DNA of 52,467 nucleotides, from positions 1 to 52,467 of the IMG/VR virus record IMGVR_UViG_3300017741_002088, one strand, 5' to 3'. A model generated the notes under the pieces. It was not told the origin of the DNA. It saw nothing but the letters and a program-made list of their open reading frames with translations, and did not search any database. This DNA is from a virus. Lineage: Duplodnaviria; Caudoviricetes. Shown here one piece after another: positions 1 through 10,329 of the stretch (position 1 is its first letter; every line of letters starts with the position of its first letter). The position numbers were made by a program, and so were the translations under genes.

Positions 1-2745
1 GATCCGAAACAGGTCGAAGTTCAAATTATGAGGGATGGTACATCAGATGGTTCTGGTAACTTTACTGTCAGTATCCCATCGGCATATGCACTTGATAATG
101 CAGGCGACTGGTTATTCTTTGTAGATTCTGCTGGAGGTGGATTGATTGACAACTCTACTCTTAGCGGTTTGACAACAGGTTCAAATACAACAACTGTAAC
201 AGGATTACCAGCAAACAGACCAGTCAAAGCATATGTTTATGGTTCTACCACATCCCCTGTCGTTCGTGCAAAAACTATTGTATCAAATGTGACAGTGACT
301 ACTTCTGTTGTAACAGATCCTATCAGCGGTGAAAAATATATTCCGCTGGGTAAACCAGATATTAGATCGATTGCTGAAGTTCGCGATACGAATTCAACTG
401 GTGCAGATATTGCTTACAAATTCAAACTTGACAATGGCCAACGTGATAACTTCTATGGTCATGGTCGTATGGTACTCAATTCTGGTCAATCAGCACCTTC
501 GGGTAATGTTTTTGTAAAGTTTGATCACTTCAATCATGGTAATGGTAACTTCTTTTCAGCAAGTTCTTACACAGGGGTTGTAAACTACAAAGACATTCCA
601 TATCATGTTCTTAAAACAGGTTTGCGGATTAATCTACGAGACGTCCTTGATTTCCGTCCAGTTATGGATACAACAATCAATACGTTCAGCGAAGCAGATA
701 TTGCATATCTTCCGCAACCATCTGACTTAATTACGTCGGATAATACTTACTATCTCCCTCGTACATATAAACTTGTGATCGATAAAGACGCTAATCTAAA
801 CGTGATCAATGGTGATGCTGGGTTCTATCCGGAACCACCACAAAAATCAGAAAACACTTTACCACTTTACAACTTCCGACTTGGTGGTAACACATTAGAC
901 GACTCTGATGTATCAGTTCAAAAAATTGAACATCGTCGTTATACAATGCAAGATATTGGACATCTAGAAAAAAGAATTAACAATCTAGAAGAATTAACTT
1001 CTTTGTCTATGCTCGAACTAGGAACTAATAACTTTGAAGTCTTAGATAGCGCAGGATTGAATCGTACTAAGTCAGGATTCTTTGTAGATAACTTTACATC
1101 ACACATCTTATCAGCAACAGAGCAAAATGATTATCGCGCTGCTATTGATCCGACTGTTGGGTTGATTCGTCCTACATTTACTGATGACAACATTCGTATG
1201 ATTTTTGACTCTGATAATTCAACAAGTGTTGTGAGAAAAGGTGATAACATCTACGTCGCGCACACTGAAGTTGATTTCATGAACAACCCATTTGCCACAA
1301 AGAAAGTAAAGATTAATCCTTTCACCTCATCAGTATATGAGGGTTCACTTGTTCTTTCACCTGCTTCTGATGAATGGCATGATAAGAACGTTGGAAGTAG
1401 AACAGTCATTGATGGTGGTTCAAAACTTAGTACAGTTCGTGCATACAACTGGGATAACTGGTCATGGAACTGGGGCGGTAAAGACATCGAAGACTTGAAA
1501 GTCGGTGATGGTACTAACACAATCAGTAAGACTAGCGGAAGAACTACTACTAATTCTGTGAACAAAATTGTATCAGAATCAGTTGTTGAAGAAGTTATTG
1601 GCGAAAGAATTTTGCAAATTGCGATCCTACCATTTATTAGGTCTAGAATCGTAAGAATTAAGGCAAGAGGACTTCGCCCGAATTCAAATGTGTTCTTATT
1701 CATGGACAATAAAAACATGAAAGACTTTGTTCGTGAACAAGCATTTAAGAGATATTCAAAGGACACTAAAGATTTTGGTAACACATTACGAGGAAAAACT
1801 TCCCACAAAGATGGTTCTACTGCATTGACAACAGACGCATCTGGTAAAGTTGATATTTCATTCCAAGTTCCTAACAATAGCACGTTCAGGTTTAGAGCGG
1901 GAACTAAAGAAATAAAACTTATGGATATTGATGTGAACCGTGAAGAATTGTCAGGTACGATTGCAAGAGCAATATATACTGCTCAAGGTTTCCTCGATAC
2001 CGTTCATCAAGATATTAGGTCTACTCGTGTTCTTGAAGTAGAGGGTAAAAAATCAACAACAGTTCGTGCAGTGTCATATAATAATGACGGTGGCGGTGAT
2101 GGTGGCGGCACAGGCGGTGGCGTCAGTTGGTTGAATCCTGATGAACATGAAGAAAAATTTGGTACAAGAAATAATAACAGACAAGGTCATAACCTTGGAG
2201 CGATGGGACTTGGTTGGCCAGATGAACTATCTCACCCACCAACCCAAAGTGATCCTGGTCCATCTTCTAAAATTATTTGTACAGCACTTCACCAAATGGG
2301 TCTACTCCCATATGATATCTTTGCCGCTGACCAAGAGTATGGTCGGAAACTTGCAGTAACAGATCCTGATATTGTTGAAGGATATCATTTGTGGGCACAA
2401 ATTGTAGTAGATTGGATGAATGGCGTTGAAGATGCACCAAATATTATGCCATGGGTCAAAGATGATGCTGAACGTATCGAACGCACAAGTCAGTGGGCAG
2501 TAAGATGGGCGCAAGCAATCGCAACTCCATGGGCAGTTCAAATGGCACATGAAATGGGAATACGAGAAAAAGGCAGCAAACTTGGTAAATTCTTGATGAT
2601 GGTTGGTTATCCAATATCTAAGATGGTTGCTAAAACAGGCAAACCGAATCCAGTAAGCATGCTTGCAATATTTGCAGTTCTTCGCTTAATCGTCTCCCTC
2701 AATATGAAGAATAAATACATCGATAATACAGTGGAGCAGAAATAA
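1..2745 (+). CDS. Large virion structural protein (DUF4815-like), 5'-truncated, with a distinct C-terminal domain
   Basis: Frame open from base 1; motifs DNGQRDNFY, LRDVLDFRP, RRYTMQDIG..LEKRI..LE, KSGFFVDNF, INPF, PFIRSR typical of the large T4-like marine phage structural protein. Confidence 0.75.
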   Translation, partial: DPKQVEVQIMRDGTSDGSGNFTVSIPSAYALDNAGDWLFFVDSAGGGLIDNSTLSGLTTGSNTTTVTGLPANRPVKAYVYGSTTSPVVRAKTIVSNVTVTTSVVTDPISGEKYIPLGKPDIRSIAEVRDTNSTGADIAYKFKLDNGQRDNFYGHGRMVLNSGQSAPSGNVFVKFDHFNHGNGNFFSASSYTGVVNYKDIPYHVLKTGLRINLRDVLDFRPVMDTTINTFSEADIAYLPQPSDLITSDNTYYLPRTYKLVIDKDANLNVINGDAGFYPEPPQKSENTLPLYNFRLGGNTLDDSDVSVQKIEHRRYTMQDIGHLEKRINNLEELTSLSMLELGTNNFEVLDSAGLNRTKSGFFVDNFTSHILSATEQNDYRAAIDPTVGLIRPTFTDDNIRMIFDSDNSTSVVRKGDNIYVAHTEVDFMNNPFATKKVKINPFTSSVYEGSLVLSPASDEWHDKNVGSRTVIDGGSKLSTVRAYNWDNWSWNWGGKDIEDLKVGDGTNTISKTSGRTTTNSVNKIVSESVVEEVIGERILQIAILPFIRSRIVRIKARGLRPNSNVFLFMDNKNMKDFVREQAFKRYSKDTKDFGNTLRGKTSHKDGSTALTTDASGKVDISFQVPNNSTFRFRAGTKEIKLMDIDVNREELSGTIARAIYTAQGFLDTVHQDIRSTRVLEVEGKKSTTVRAVSYNNDGGGDGGGTGGGVSWLNPDEHEEKFGTRNNNRQGHNLGAMGLGWPDELSHPPTQSDPGPSSKIICTALHQMGLLPYDIFAADQEYGRKLAVTDPDIVEGYHLWAQIVVDWMNGVEDAPNIMPWVKDDAERIERTSQWAVRWAQAIATPWAVQMAHEMGIREKGSKLGKFLMMVGYPISKMVAKTGKPNPVSMLAIFAVLRLIVSLNMKNKYIDNTVEQK

Positions 2746-4334
2746 TGTCGACAAATAGTTTAGGTTACAAGGTTGGAAAAAATCCACTCGCTCAGTCATT
2801 TTATATCGATGAACCGACTGGATTGTTTTTAACAAAGGTTGATTTGTATTTCGCATCAACATTCAATCCGACTGCAAACCTTCAGTTGCCTGTTTCATTA
2901 CACCTCAGACCAATGGTAAATGGTGTTCCCTCCGATACTGTTATCATTCCTGGTTCAACTGTGTATGTTGCGCACAACTCTGTATCAACCTCAGCGACTG
3001 CTACATCACCAACATCGTTTGAGTTTGAAGAACCAATTTATCTTCAGGGATTGAGTGATTATGCAATAGTTGTATATGCTGAAACTCCTGAATATGAGAT
3101 ATGGATATCAGAAATAGATGAGCAAATCATTGGTTCAGCGTCAGCACGTGTAAATAGAAACCCAAATCTTGGTTCTTTATTTTACTCTCAAAATGGTGCA
3201 ACATTTAGCGCAAACCAAAAGCAAGACCTAAAATTTAATTTGTATCGCGCAAAATTTGACACAACAGTAGCAGGAACTGCTTTAATTGAAAATGCGTCTG
3301 TTCCTCGTAAACTTTTGAATGATAACTCTATTCAAACATTTGCTGGTGATTCATCAGTTCGTGTGAGAAGTACAAATCATGGTTTACAAGTAAATGATAC
3401 TGTTTCAATTGAAAATGCAATTGCTGTGGGTGGATTAACTCCAGCACAATTAAATACAGATCACACTATAACAAAAATTGATCTTGGTGGGTTTGAATTT
3501 AAACCAGCAAATGCTCTTGCTGACTCTGATGCAGTCGGTGGTGGATCAAATATCTTAGCGACGCAAAACTTAGCATATTCAATTATGTATCCGAATATCG
3601 CTTCGATTAAACCTGTTGGGACTTCAATGTTTGCTTCATTCAAAGGAACTTCTGGTAAGTCTATGGCAGGAACAGAAACACCATACACAGTAGATGCAGA
3701 CTATTCACCTATCCTTTTGAATAAAAATAACGTTTCACTTGATCACAATTATGTGGTTGCTGCTGACTCTATTGCAGATGCTGAAATTTCTATCGGTGCA
3801 AAAACAGCAATGTTTAAATTTGACATGTCAACGACGAATGAATTCGTTTCACCTATGATTGACTTACAAAGAACATCTATAACAGTAGTCGATAACATTA
3901 TCGATAATCAAGACAGTGCTGCTACTCTAGGATTTAACGTGCCACTTCGATATGTTTCTGAAAATGAACCAACGAGTGGATCAAGTGCAGCAAAACATAT
4001 CACGAGCAGTGTTCAATTAGGAACTGAGGCAGTTGGATTAAAAGTTTTGATCACTGCGCATCGTCCTAAAGAAGCAGACTTCGATGTTTATTTTAGAACA
4101 GGCGTTGACGGTGATATCTTAAACACCGTGAGATACCAACTTGCTTCAAAAGAAGCAAACCTACCATCAGATCAAAACACGAATATTTACCGTGAGTATG
4201 AATATCTTATCGGTGGGCGAGGCGGTACTCTTCCTGCATTCACGCAGTTTCAATTGAAGATTGTTTTCAGGTCTACAAACTCAGCAAGGGTTCCAATCAT
4301 AAAAGATCTAAGAGCAATTGCGCTTGGCGTTTAA
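2745..4334 (+). CDS. Virion structural protein (C-terminal part of the DUF4815-type protein)
   Basis: NPLAQSF..GLFLTKVDLYF, GSLFYSQNGATF..Q..DLKF.LYRAKF and terminal F..FQLKIV..P.IKDLRAIAL motifs. Confidence 0.75.
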   Translation: MSTNSLGYKVGKNPLAQSFYIDEPTGLFLTKVDLYFASTFNPTANLQLPVSLHLRPMVNGVPSDTVIIPGSTVYVAHNSVSTSATATSPTSFEFEEPIYLQGLSDYAIVVYAETPEYEIWISEIDEQIIGSASARVNRNPNLGSLFYSQNGATFSANQKQDLKFNLYRAKFDTTVAGTALIENASVPRKLLNDNSIQTFAGDSSVRVRSTNHGLQVNDTVSIENAIAVGGLTPAQLNTDHTITKIDLGGFEFKPANALADSDAVGGGSNILATQNLAYSIMYPNIASIKPVGTSMFASFKGTSGKSMAGTETPYTVDADYSPILLNKNNVSLDHNYVVAADSIADAEISIGAKTAMFKFDMSTTNEFVSPMIDLQRTSITVVDNIIDNQDSAATLGFNVPLRYVSENEPTSGSSAAKHITSSVQLGTEAVGLKVLITAHRPKEADFDVYFRTGVDGDILNTVRYQLASKEANLPSDQNTNIYREYEYLIGGRGGTLPAFTQFQLKIVFRSTNSARVPIIKDLRAIALGV

Positions 4335-4335
4335 A

Positions 4336-4536
4336 ATGAAAAAACAAGTTGAGGGTCATCCTGGTTTAGTAAAAGACATATCTACAGGAGTCGTTTTGAA
4401 TATGAATCGTTCTGAAATTGAATCGGCGAAGGCGAGGAAAAAGGCGAGAAAAGAACAAGAACAAGAATTGAGTGATCTCAAAAAAGAAATGGGTGACCTC
4501 AAAGATATGATGAAACGAATCTTAGAGAAGTTGTAA
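4336..4536 (+). CDS. Small conserved phage protein (coiled-coil C-terminus)
   Basis: VEGHPGLVKD..TG.VLN motif; fills the gap between adjacent genes. Confidence 0.7.
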   Translation: MKKQVEGHPGLVKDISTGVVLNMNRSEIESAKARKKARKEQEQELSDLKKEMGDLKDMMKRILEKL

Positions 4537-5351
4537 TGGCCAGAAAAGTCAACGTTCAAAATTCAAATACGATCCAAGCATGGATGCAAAAAATCAACCA
4601 GATGCAAGAGTATCTGGGTGACATCGATGATTTGAAAGACTCAACGTTTTCTAATAATGATCAAAGTGCAGTTGATGCACTAGATTTTTTGGGACGACTC
4701 ATACCTAAAATCAATCAGCAATTATTTAATGCGTCCGCACCGATTACAATAACTGCAAACATATTAGCAGATTCTGCTGTATTTGATTTTATGACTCTAA
4801 AGAGTTTGTTGAACCATGATTCCGCGATGCCAGATAGTAGTGTCCATGGAATGTATTTTCTTGGTGACTCCCCTGGAACTGCAGAATTTGATTTCAATGG
4901 AGATAGTATCTCGTTTGGTAATGCTACTGTAACAAATAATCTTACATTCGATTCATTTGGCCAATCTGTTATAATCAATAAACTGACTGTCATGGACAGT
5001 GGGTTGATTGGTAGAATAACTGTTGATTCTTCTTCTACGATTGGTTTCGGCAACGTGACAATGATTGCTAGTGATGGATTAGAAGTAGACAGCGCATTAG
5101 TTTTAAATAAACTTAACCTTACAAACTTGCTTTGCGATAGCGTTCATGATACAGGGTTTAATGCAAACAAAGCATCAATTCCCAATCTAGTCCTAGATAG
5201 TGGTGTTGGAACAATAACATTTTCAGATAGTTCTTCATTAGTATTTACTGGACTGAAATCATTTTTATTAACAGATTCACTGGGGTATGATTCAGTCGGA
5301 CAAGGTGATTCTGGCGTTATATATTTTGCAGCGCATCAATTATTGATATAA
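4536..5351 (+). CDS. Asp-Ser-rich putative virion/fibre protein
   Basis: 271 aa; translationally coupled; N-terminus resembles the next gene. Confidence 0.55.
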   Translation: MARKVNVQNSNTIQAWMQKINQMQEYLGDIDDLKDSTFSNNDQSAVDALDFLGRLIPKINQQLFNASAPITITANILADSAVFDFMTLKSLLNHDSAMPDSSVHGMYFLGDSPGTAEFDFNGDSISFGNATVTNNLTFDSFGQSVIINKLTVMDSGLIGRITVDSSSTIGFGNVTMIASDGLEVDSALVLNKLNLTNLLCDSVHDTGFNANKASIPNLVLDSGVGTITFSDSSSLVFTGLKSFLLTDSLGYDSVGQGDSGVIYFAAHQLLI

Positions 5352-5361
5352 AGAGGAAGAT

Positions 5362-6033
5362 ATGGCACGTAAAATTCTTATAGACTTAGTTGATGCAGTC
5401 GGCACATTTGTCTCTAAAACAAACACATTATCAGATTATTTCGGAGACTTAGATAATCTTGACAGTTCATTTATTCATGCTGATTCCAGTATTGTTTCAG
5501 CACTGAATAGACTCAGCGATCAATATGACTCAATCAGCAATAGATTATTTGGTCAACCTCCAGGAAACTTATTGGTAACAGGATTGACTGGGGATAGTGG
5601 AGTGTTCAACACATTGCGTGTTGGTAAATTAACTGCTGACTCTGCAACGATCGATAGTGCTACAATTGGAAACTTACATGTTTCTGGTACATTCACTGCT
5701 GATAGTGCAAGGTTTGATCAAATTTATGTCGATAGTATCGCAGTCAGTAATGGTGCAGCACTTTATATTGACAGTGCAGTTATCAATTCAAAAGTAAATA
5801 TCACAAACCTAACAATTGATTCAGCGACAATCAAGACTCTATCGGTGGGTGAAGTTATCGCTGACAGTGCGACAATAGACTCGGCGACTATCACAGATTT
5901 GACTGTAACGTCATTAACAATAGATGGAATCGAACTTGATAATGTCAAACGATTTACTGTAAAAGAAGAATCAGGAACGATAGTTTTAGATGGTTACTTC
6001 TTATCTACAGCGGATTCTGCGCAGGTGGCATAA
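5362..6033 (+). CDS. Asp-Ser-rich putative virion/fibre protein with ADSATIDSATI repeats
   Basis: 223 aa; GAGG RBS; beta-repeat-like sequence. Confidence 0.6.
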   Translation: MARKILIDLVDAVGTFVSKTNTLSDYFGDLDNLDSSFIHADSSIVSALNRLSDQYDSISNRLFGQPPGNLLVTGLTGDSGVFNTLRVGKLTADSATIDSATIGNLHVSGTFTADSARFDQIYVDSIAVSNGAALYIDSAVINSKVNITNLTIDSATIKTLSVGEVIADSATIDSATITDLTVTSLTIDGIELDNVKRFTVKEESGTIVLDGYFLSTADSAQVA

Positions 6034-6983
6034 TGACACTTTATAGACCTATAGTATCAGACGGAAGCAGAAGAATAAAAGAGTGTACATCTTCAACACT
6101 CAATGCTATGTACAAACGCATAGCATATCTTTATGTTCAAAATCCTTCTGTTATTTTAAGTGTTGTCGCTTCTGGTGGTAATATATCACCAACTATGACA
6201 GACACAAGACTTAAATCTGGTACAGCGAAAAGAAACACTTCAGGGAACTGGCCACAGGTGACTTCATTTCCTAGTCAGGCGCAAACAGGTGAACCGCAAA
6301 CTGTAACTCTTACATATGATAAAATTAATCAGACAACATCAAGTCATGCGACAGTACCAACATATAATTTAAAACCTGTTCGAACAGATGCATCAGGTGT
6401 TAGAGAAATGACTTTCACTGATGTGATCGATTCATTTATTAGTCCAGTTGTGAGCAATATTGTTACTGGTACAACTGACACTTTGGCAGGAGGTGCATAC
6501 TTTATTAGCACAAACACCTCAATATCGAATTGTACAAATTTAGGAACAGTTTATACAGACACTCGAGCAAACGTTTCTGGTTATCTGGCGTCTAACATAG
6601 GTGGGAATAATTCAGTTCAGGATGTTTTCAATTCAACAAACTATCAGTTATTCAGGAATGATGGTGCAGTCGTTGCATATAGAACACCATTGATTATTGA
6701 TGGCACTTCCGGATTGAGACATATGACATTTGCTGAGTTTGATGCATTTTTCCAACCTTTGATTCAAGCATACATTTTTAATCAAGGCGGGAACACACTC
6801 AGATACAATGTAGATGGTAATGGCGTCACAAAAGGAACAGCAATAGTCAATAATGTTCTTACAGGCGGTAATGGAAACTATACTACATACAAAGCATCAG
6901 CAAACGACTATCGTGCGCAAGAATTTCCTAACGGATCAAACTCAGTTGCTAACACATACAGATTAAAGGTGGAAAGAACTTAA
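6033..6983 (+). CDS. Putative virion structural protein
   Basis: 316 aa, T/S/N/G-rich; internal repeated motif (R.MTF..); structural gene context. Confidence 0.5.
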   Translation: MTLYRPIVSDGSRRIKECTSSTLNAMYKRIAYLYVQNPSVILSVVASGGNISPTMTDTRLKSGTAKRNTSGNWPQVTSFPSQAQTGEPQTVTLTYDKINQTTSSHATVPTYNLKPVRTDASGVREMTFTDVIDSFISPVVSNIVTGTTDTLAGGAYFISTNTSISNCTNLGTVYTDTRANVSGYLASNIGGNNSVQDVFNSTNYQLFRNDGAVVAYRTPLIIDGTSGLRHMTFAEFDAFFQPLIQAYIFNQGGNTLRYNVDGNGVTKGTAIVNNVLTGGNGNYTTYKASANDYRAQEFPNGSNSVANTYRLKVERT

Positions 6984-6985
6984 TT

Positions 6986-7501
6986 ATGGATAATCATGTA
7001 TTCGTTGATGCTTATTTCACTAACAATGAAAGAAGCGTTGTAGAGACAATTTGGTATTCGGAAAGCGAAGATGTTTACAGATCTCATTCTATTGTTGCTG
7101 AAGAAAGTGAAGCAGATTGGATCAAACTATTAGAAACAGTTTCGTTGGATGATTTACACGAACGAACTTATAAAAAGATCGCAGAAGCAAACGAAGAATA
7201 TAAAGAAACTCTAATTGACATTGCAAATAACGATGGTAATGGATGGATCGCCTATAAAGACGACATAAACAGGGATGCTTTAAAAGTGCTCATGAACGTT
7301 ATTTTCGATGAAAACTTATCTGAATCAGATGGTGATGCTAATAAAGAAAAACTGTTTTTGTATAAAATGGAATTCTTTGAAAGAGATTTTGTTAAGAAGT
7401 CAACCAACAAAGAACTGAAACGAAATCTCAGAAAAGCAAAGTCTATGATCGAAGCAACGCAAATTGCTTGTCTTTTATATAATGAATCAGAGTTTTCGTA
7501 A
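6986..7501 (+). CDS. Hypothetical protein
   Basis: 171 aa ORF ending the + strand run. Confidence 0.6.
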   Translation: MDNHVFVDAYFTNNERSVVETIWYSESEDVYRSHSIVAEESEADWIKLLETVSLDDLHERTYKKIAEANEEYKETLIDIANNDGNGWIAYKDDINRDALKVLMNVIFDENLSESDGDANKEKLFLYKMEFFERDFVKKSTNKELKRNLRKAKSMIEATQIACLLYNESEFS

Positions 7502-8674
7502 TTCATTTTTCAATTCTGGAACATGATCTAAAATATCAAACCCTCTAATTTTATTCATCTTATTAGTATAGTTCCAAACATCATATAACCAACTTTTGTA
7601 ACCTTTTTCTTCGTAATAACTTATCGGATCAAAAAAGTTTCTGAATGTGGCACGATCACCATAATAATGTTCTAATGGCATAAGTTTCCATAACTGTTCT
7701 TCAACGACTTCTTCAGGCAAATATAAAGGAGAACACCAAGATGGGTGGTGAACAATATTGTGACATTGCATCCATCTTGTGTATGGTTTGTCATGAAAAT
7801 ATTCAAAGATGCGATCTAAAGACCAAAAATTGTACAACGATATTGTAATCATGATTTGAGATTTTATACCAGTTTCTCCATATAAAATCTCCATATTCTT
7901 TGTTATTTTATCCCAATCACCACCTCTGATCCAATTGTAAATGTTTTCTGTACCATCTACCGAAACCATTGCTCTAAGGTTTTTTAACTTTTTGAAAATG
8001 GGTAAGTGTCTTTTTAGCAATCCTTGCATATTAGTTTGTAAATTGATGGTGCAGTCTGGGTTTGTTTCAGAAGCGACTTTCAAAAATTCAATGTGTTTTT
8101 GATCTGCAAGGGGATCTCCACCTTTCATATAAAAAATGTCTAGGTTAGGAATCAGTTTATTAATTTTCTCAGCGTCTTCTTCTGAGAATCTCCACAACTT
8201 ATGATTTACATGACCAAACTCTTTGTCATATTCTAACCACTGATTAGAATGCCTTCCGCTACACATCACACACATTTGATTACATATGTTTGATGCAGCA
8301 ATTTCCAAGAAACGGATTTTATTTTCACCACCACGTTCCCATTTCCAATCATATGTTCCTTTTTTTAAATTTGATCTATACGATTCAAATACAGTATTGT
8401 TACTTCTTTTTGCTGAACCAAAGCATGTGCTGCATGGATAAAAGTTTCCTTGTTCACCTTTATCATATGCATCCCAAACATCCTGATACTCTTCCACCCA
8501 CCACTTTTGAAGATCATCGATGTCAGATATATTCATTGCGGGTTTGAGTCTATTGCCGTTTCGACCAAAATTTCTCATTCTTGAATTGTCTTGGCAACAA
8601 AAGGTTATATTACCTGTGTTGGGTTCTATAGTAATTCCATGAAACGGAATGTAACAATTTTTATCTAAGTCCAA
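7487..8674 (-). CDS. Radical SAM protein with N-terminal SPASM/twitch-like Cys cluster
   Basis: CNQMCVMC (CxxxCxxC), GGDP, TN, SVDG, YNWIRGG; N-terminal C..PF..CC..CxxC. Confidence 0.85.
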   Translation of the reverse strand: MDLDKNCYIPFHGITIEPNTGNITFCCQDNSRMRNFGRNGNRLKPAMNISDIDDLQKWWVEEYQDVWDAYDKGEQGNFYPCSTCFGSAKRSNNTVFESYRSNLKKGTYDWKWERGGENKIRFLEIAASNICNQMCVMCSGRHSNQWLEYDKEFGHVNHKLWRFSEEDAEKINKLIPNLDIFYMKGGDPLADQKHIEFLKVASETNPDCTINLQTNMQGLLKRHLPIFKKLKNLRAMVSVDGTENIYNWIRGGDWDKITKNMEILYGETGIKSQIMITISLYNFWSLDRIFEYFHDKPYTRWMQCHNIVHHPSWCSPLYLPEEVVEEQLWKLMPLEHYYGDRATFRNFFDPISYYEEKGYKSWLYDVWNYTNKMNKIRGFDILDHVPELKNELRKL

Positions 8675-9431
8675 CTTCGAATTCCTTATTTACTTGATGA
8701 ATGAAATGTGCTCCATCAGTGTATTTTCTGACTTTTGCGTCGAGAATATAATTCCAAGATATACCTATGTCTATCATAGGAATATCATATTTCTCAATTA
8801 TGTAGGAAAAGAATGCCTCATTATTAGGTGTCCAAACTCGGGAAACTTGTTCAGGATATAGGTTATCTTCACATGCCTCTTTATACACCTCAAGGCAACT
8901 TTCGAATCTACCTATCCAATCAAACCTCTTTATAGATTCCTTAGACCCTAACACCACTCCTGTGTTTGCAACCTTCTCAGTTCCTGATAAATCATCAAGT
9001 AAAAGCATAGACTTTTTCAAAGCGCATTTAACCCATACACTCATGGGATGAAAATTATCGTCCTCGAGTTCCCACCTGAAATTTTTCTTATTGAATGCTC
9101 TATGTACATTATAAACACACATCTTAGTTGTATCAAAGTTTTCGAAAATGTTGATGTTAGTTTTTGGGATCACATCAAGATCTAAGTATAACACTTCATC
9201 ATATTCTTGTGAGAGTTCTTGCATCTTTATAAGTTTATAAAACTGAATATCGGCATAGGTTGTAACATCGGGAGTATAAACCATGTAATCAGCATTTGTA
9301 AATTTTGCATAATCACTTTGCCTTTTCTCCAGTTCACCTCTGTGCCTTTTAAATTGACTCTCTTTGTATGGAGTAACAGAATCATGAACTTCTGTTATGT
9401 CGTTCCAGACACTATATACTATTCTTTTCAT
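8661..9431 (-). CDS. Glycosyltransferase-like protein (GT-A fold)
   Basis: LYLDLDV (DxD), NTGV, NNE, WN, H-VNK; AGGAG RBS before ATG at 9431. Confidence 0.7.
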   Translation of the reverse strand: MKRIVYSVWNDITEVHDSVTPYKESQFKRHRGELEKRQSDYAKFTNADYMVYTPDVTTYADIQFYKLIKMQELSQEYDEVLYLDLDVIPKTNINIFENFDTTKMCVYNVHRAFNKKNFRWELEDDNFHPMSVWVKCALKKSMLLLDDLSGTEKVANTGVVLGSKESIKRFDWIGRFESCLEVYKEACEDNLYPEQVSRVWTPNNEAFFSYIIEKYDIPMIDIGISWNYILDAKVRKYTDGAHFIHQVNKEFEVGLR

Positions 9432-10329
9432 ACCACTCCTTGATGTAGTCAAATCTTTTATTTACTACGTGTACAAACTCACTTCCTTTCGCTACATAAG
9501 GGAATCTTTCATTGAGTATGAAATGTTGCTTTCGTTCAAGTTTGTTGAGTTGAACTTCTTTTTGTTGCATCTTATAACTATACAATGTCTCGTTATCATA
9601 CCCAAACAGTGACTGAATGTACGGTGGCCAACCACCATTTACTTCGGTTACAAGTTCTTTCATCGTAGATAAGTCAAGATCAAATTCTCCAAAGTAATCT
9701 AACTTTTTTATTTGCTCAGAACTTGCTCCAACAATTCCTGTGTTGTATACATCATTATCACCAGAGAAACCCTCGTCAAGAAGCAATGCTCTTGCGTTCC
9801 ACCATTTTGCTCGTGGACTTCTTATAGAATTGGTCCTACCTTTCTCATCATACTTTTTACGCATTTCAGCAAAGAATGCTGGTTCTAATCCTTCAAGGTA
9901 ATTTTTAGGATCTTTCTCATGATTGACTCTACAAAGTATTCCTGAATCAAAATCCCACTCATCGAAAACATTACATTTTGTTAACGGAACCACATCAAAA
10001 TCCAAGTAAAGGATCTGATCATAAGATTTAGAGTATTCTACCATCAACCAATGTTTGTAAAAATTGATTATATCATACTCTGATATCCAAGGTTTATCTT
10101 CAAACCAGTCTTTAAAATGAGCATAGTGAGTACCATACCCAACAAACCTATATTCAACTCCGATGGACTCAGCATACTTTTTTTGCACGCTGATTAACCA
10201 GTCCTGATATTTAAGCATTAGGTTTGTAGTTTCTTTTGTTTTGAAATTACTCCACTCATCATCAGAATGATCTTTATCTATCGTAGAGTCTGAAATATTG
10301 ATGTATGTTGAATAAATTAATCGTTTCAT
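9412..10329 (-). CDS. Glycosyltransferase-like protein (GT-A fold), paralogue of the neighbouring gene
   Basis: LYLDFDV, NTGIV, DNE, HVVNK; same MKR.IYS-type start as 8661-9431. Confidence 0.7.
   Translation of the reverse strand: MKRLIYSTYINISDSTIDKDHSDDEWSNFKTKETTNLMLKYQDWLISVQKKYAESIGVEYRFVGYGTHYAHFKDWFEDKPWISEYDIINFYKHWLMVEYSKSYDQILYLDFDVVPLTKCNVFDEWDFDSGILCRVNHEKDPKNYLEGLEPAFFAEMRKKYDEKGRTNSIRSPRAKWWNARALLLDEGFSGDNDVYNTGIVGASSEQIKKLDYFGEFDLDLSTMKELVTEVNGGWPPYIQSLFGYDNETLYSYKMQQKEVQLNKLERKQHFILNERFPYVAKGSEFVHVVNKRFDYIKEWYEKNSI

Noticed and set aside
1251-1883. 210-aa minus-strand ORF and similar antisense ORFs (e.g. 4715-5053, 12345-12695, 18163-18495, 23979-24347)
   Set aside because: Shadow frames of well-supported + strand genes; no recognisable motifs
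2266-2745. Possible intein/Hint domain at the KIICT motif
   Set aside because: No Hint block B (TxxH) or terminal HN; sequence looks helical and hydrophobic
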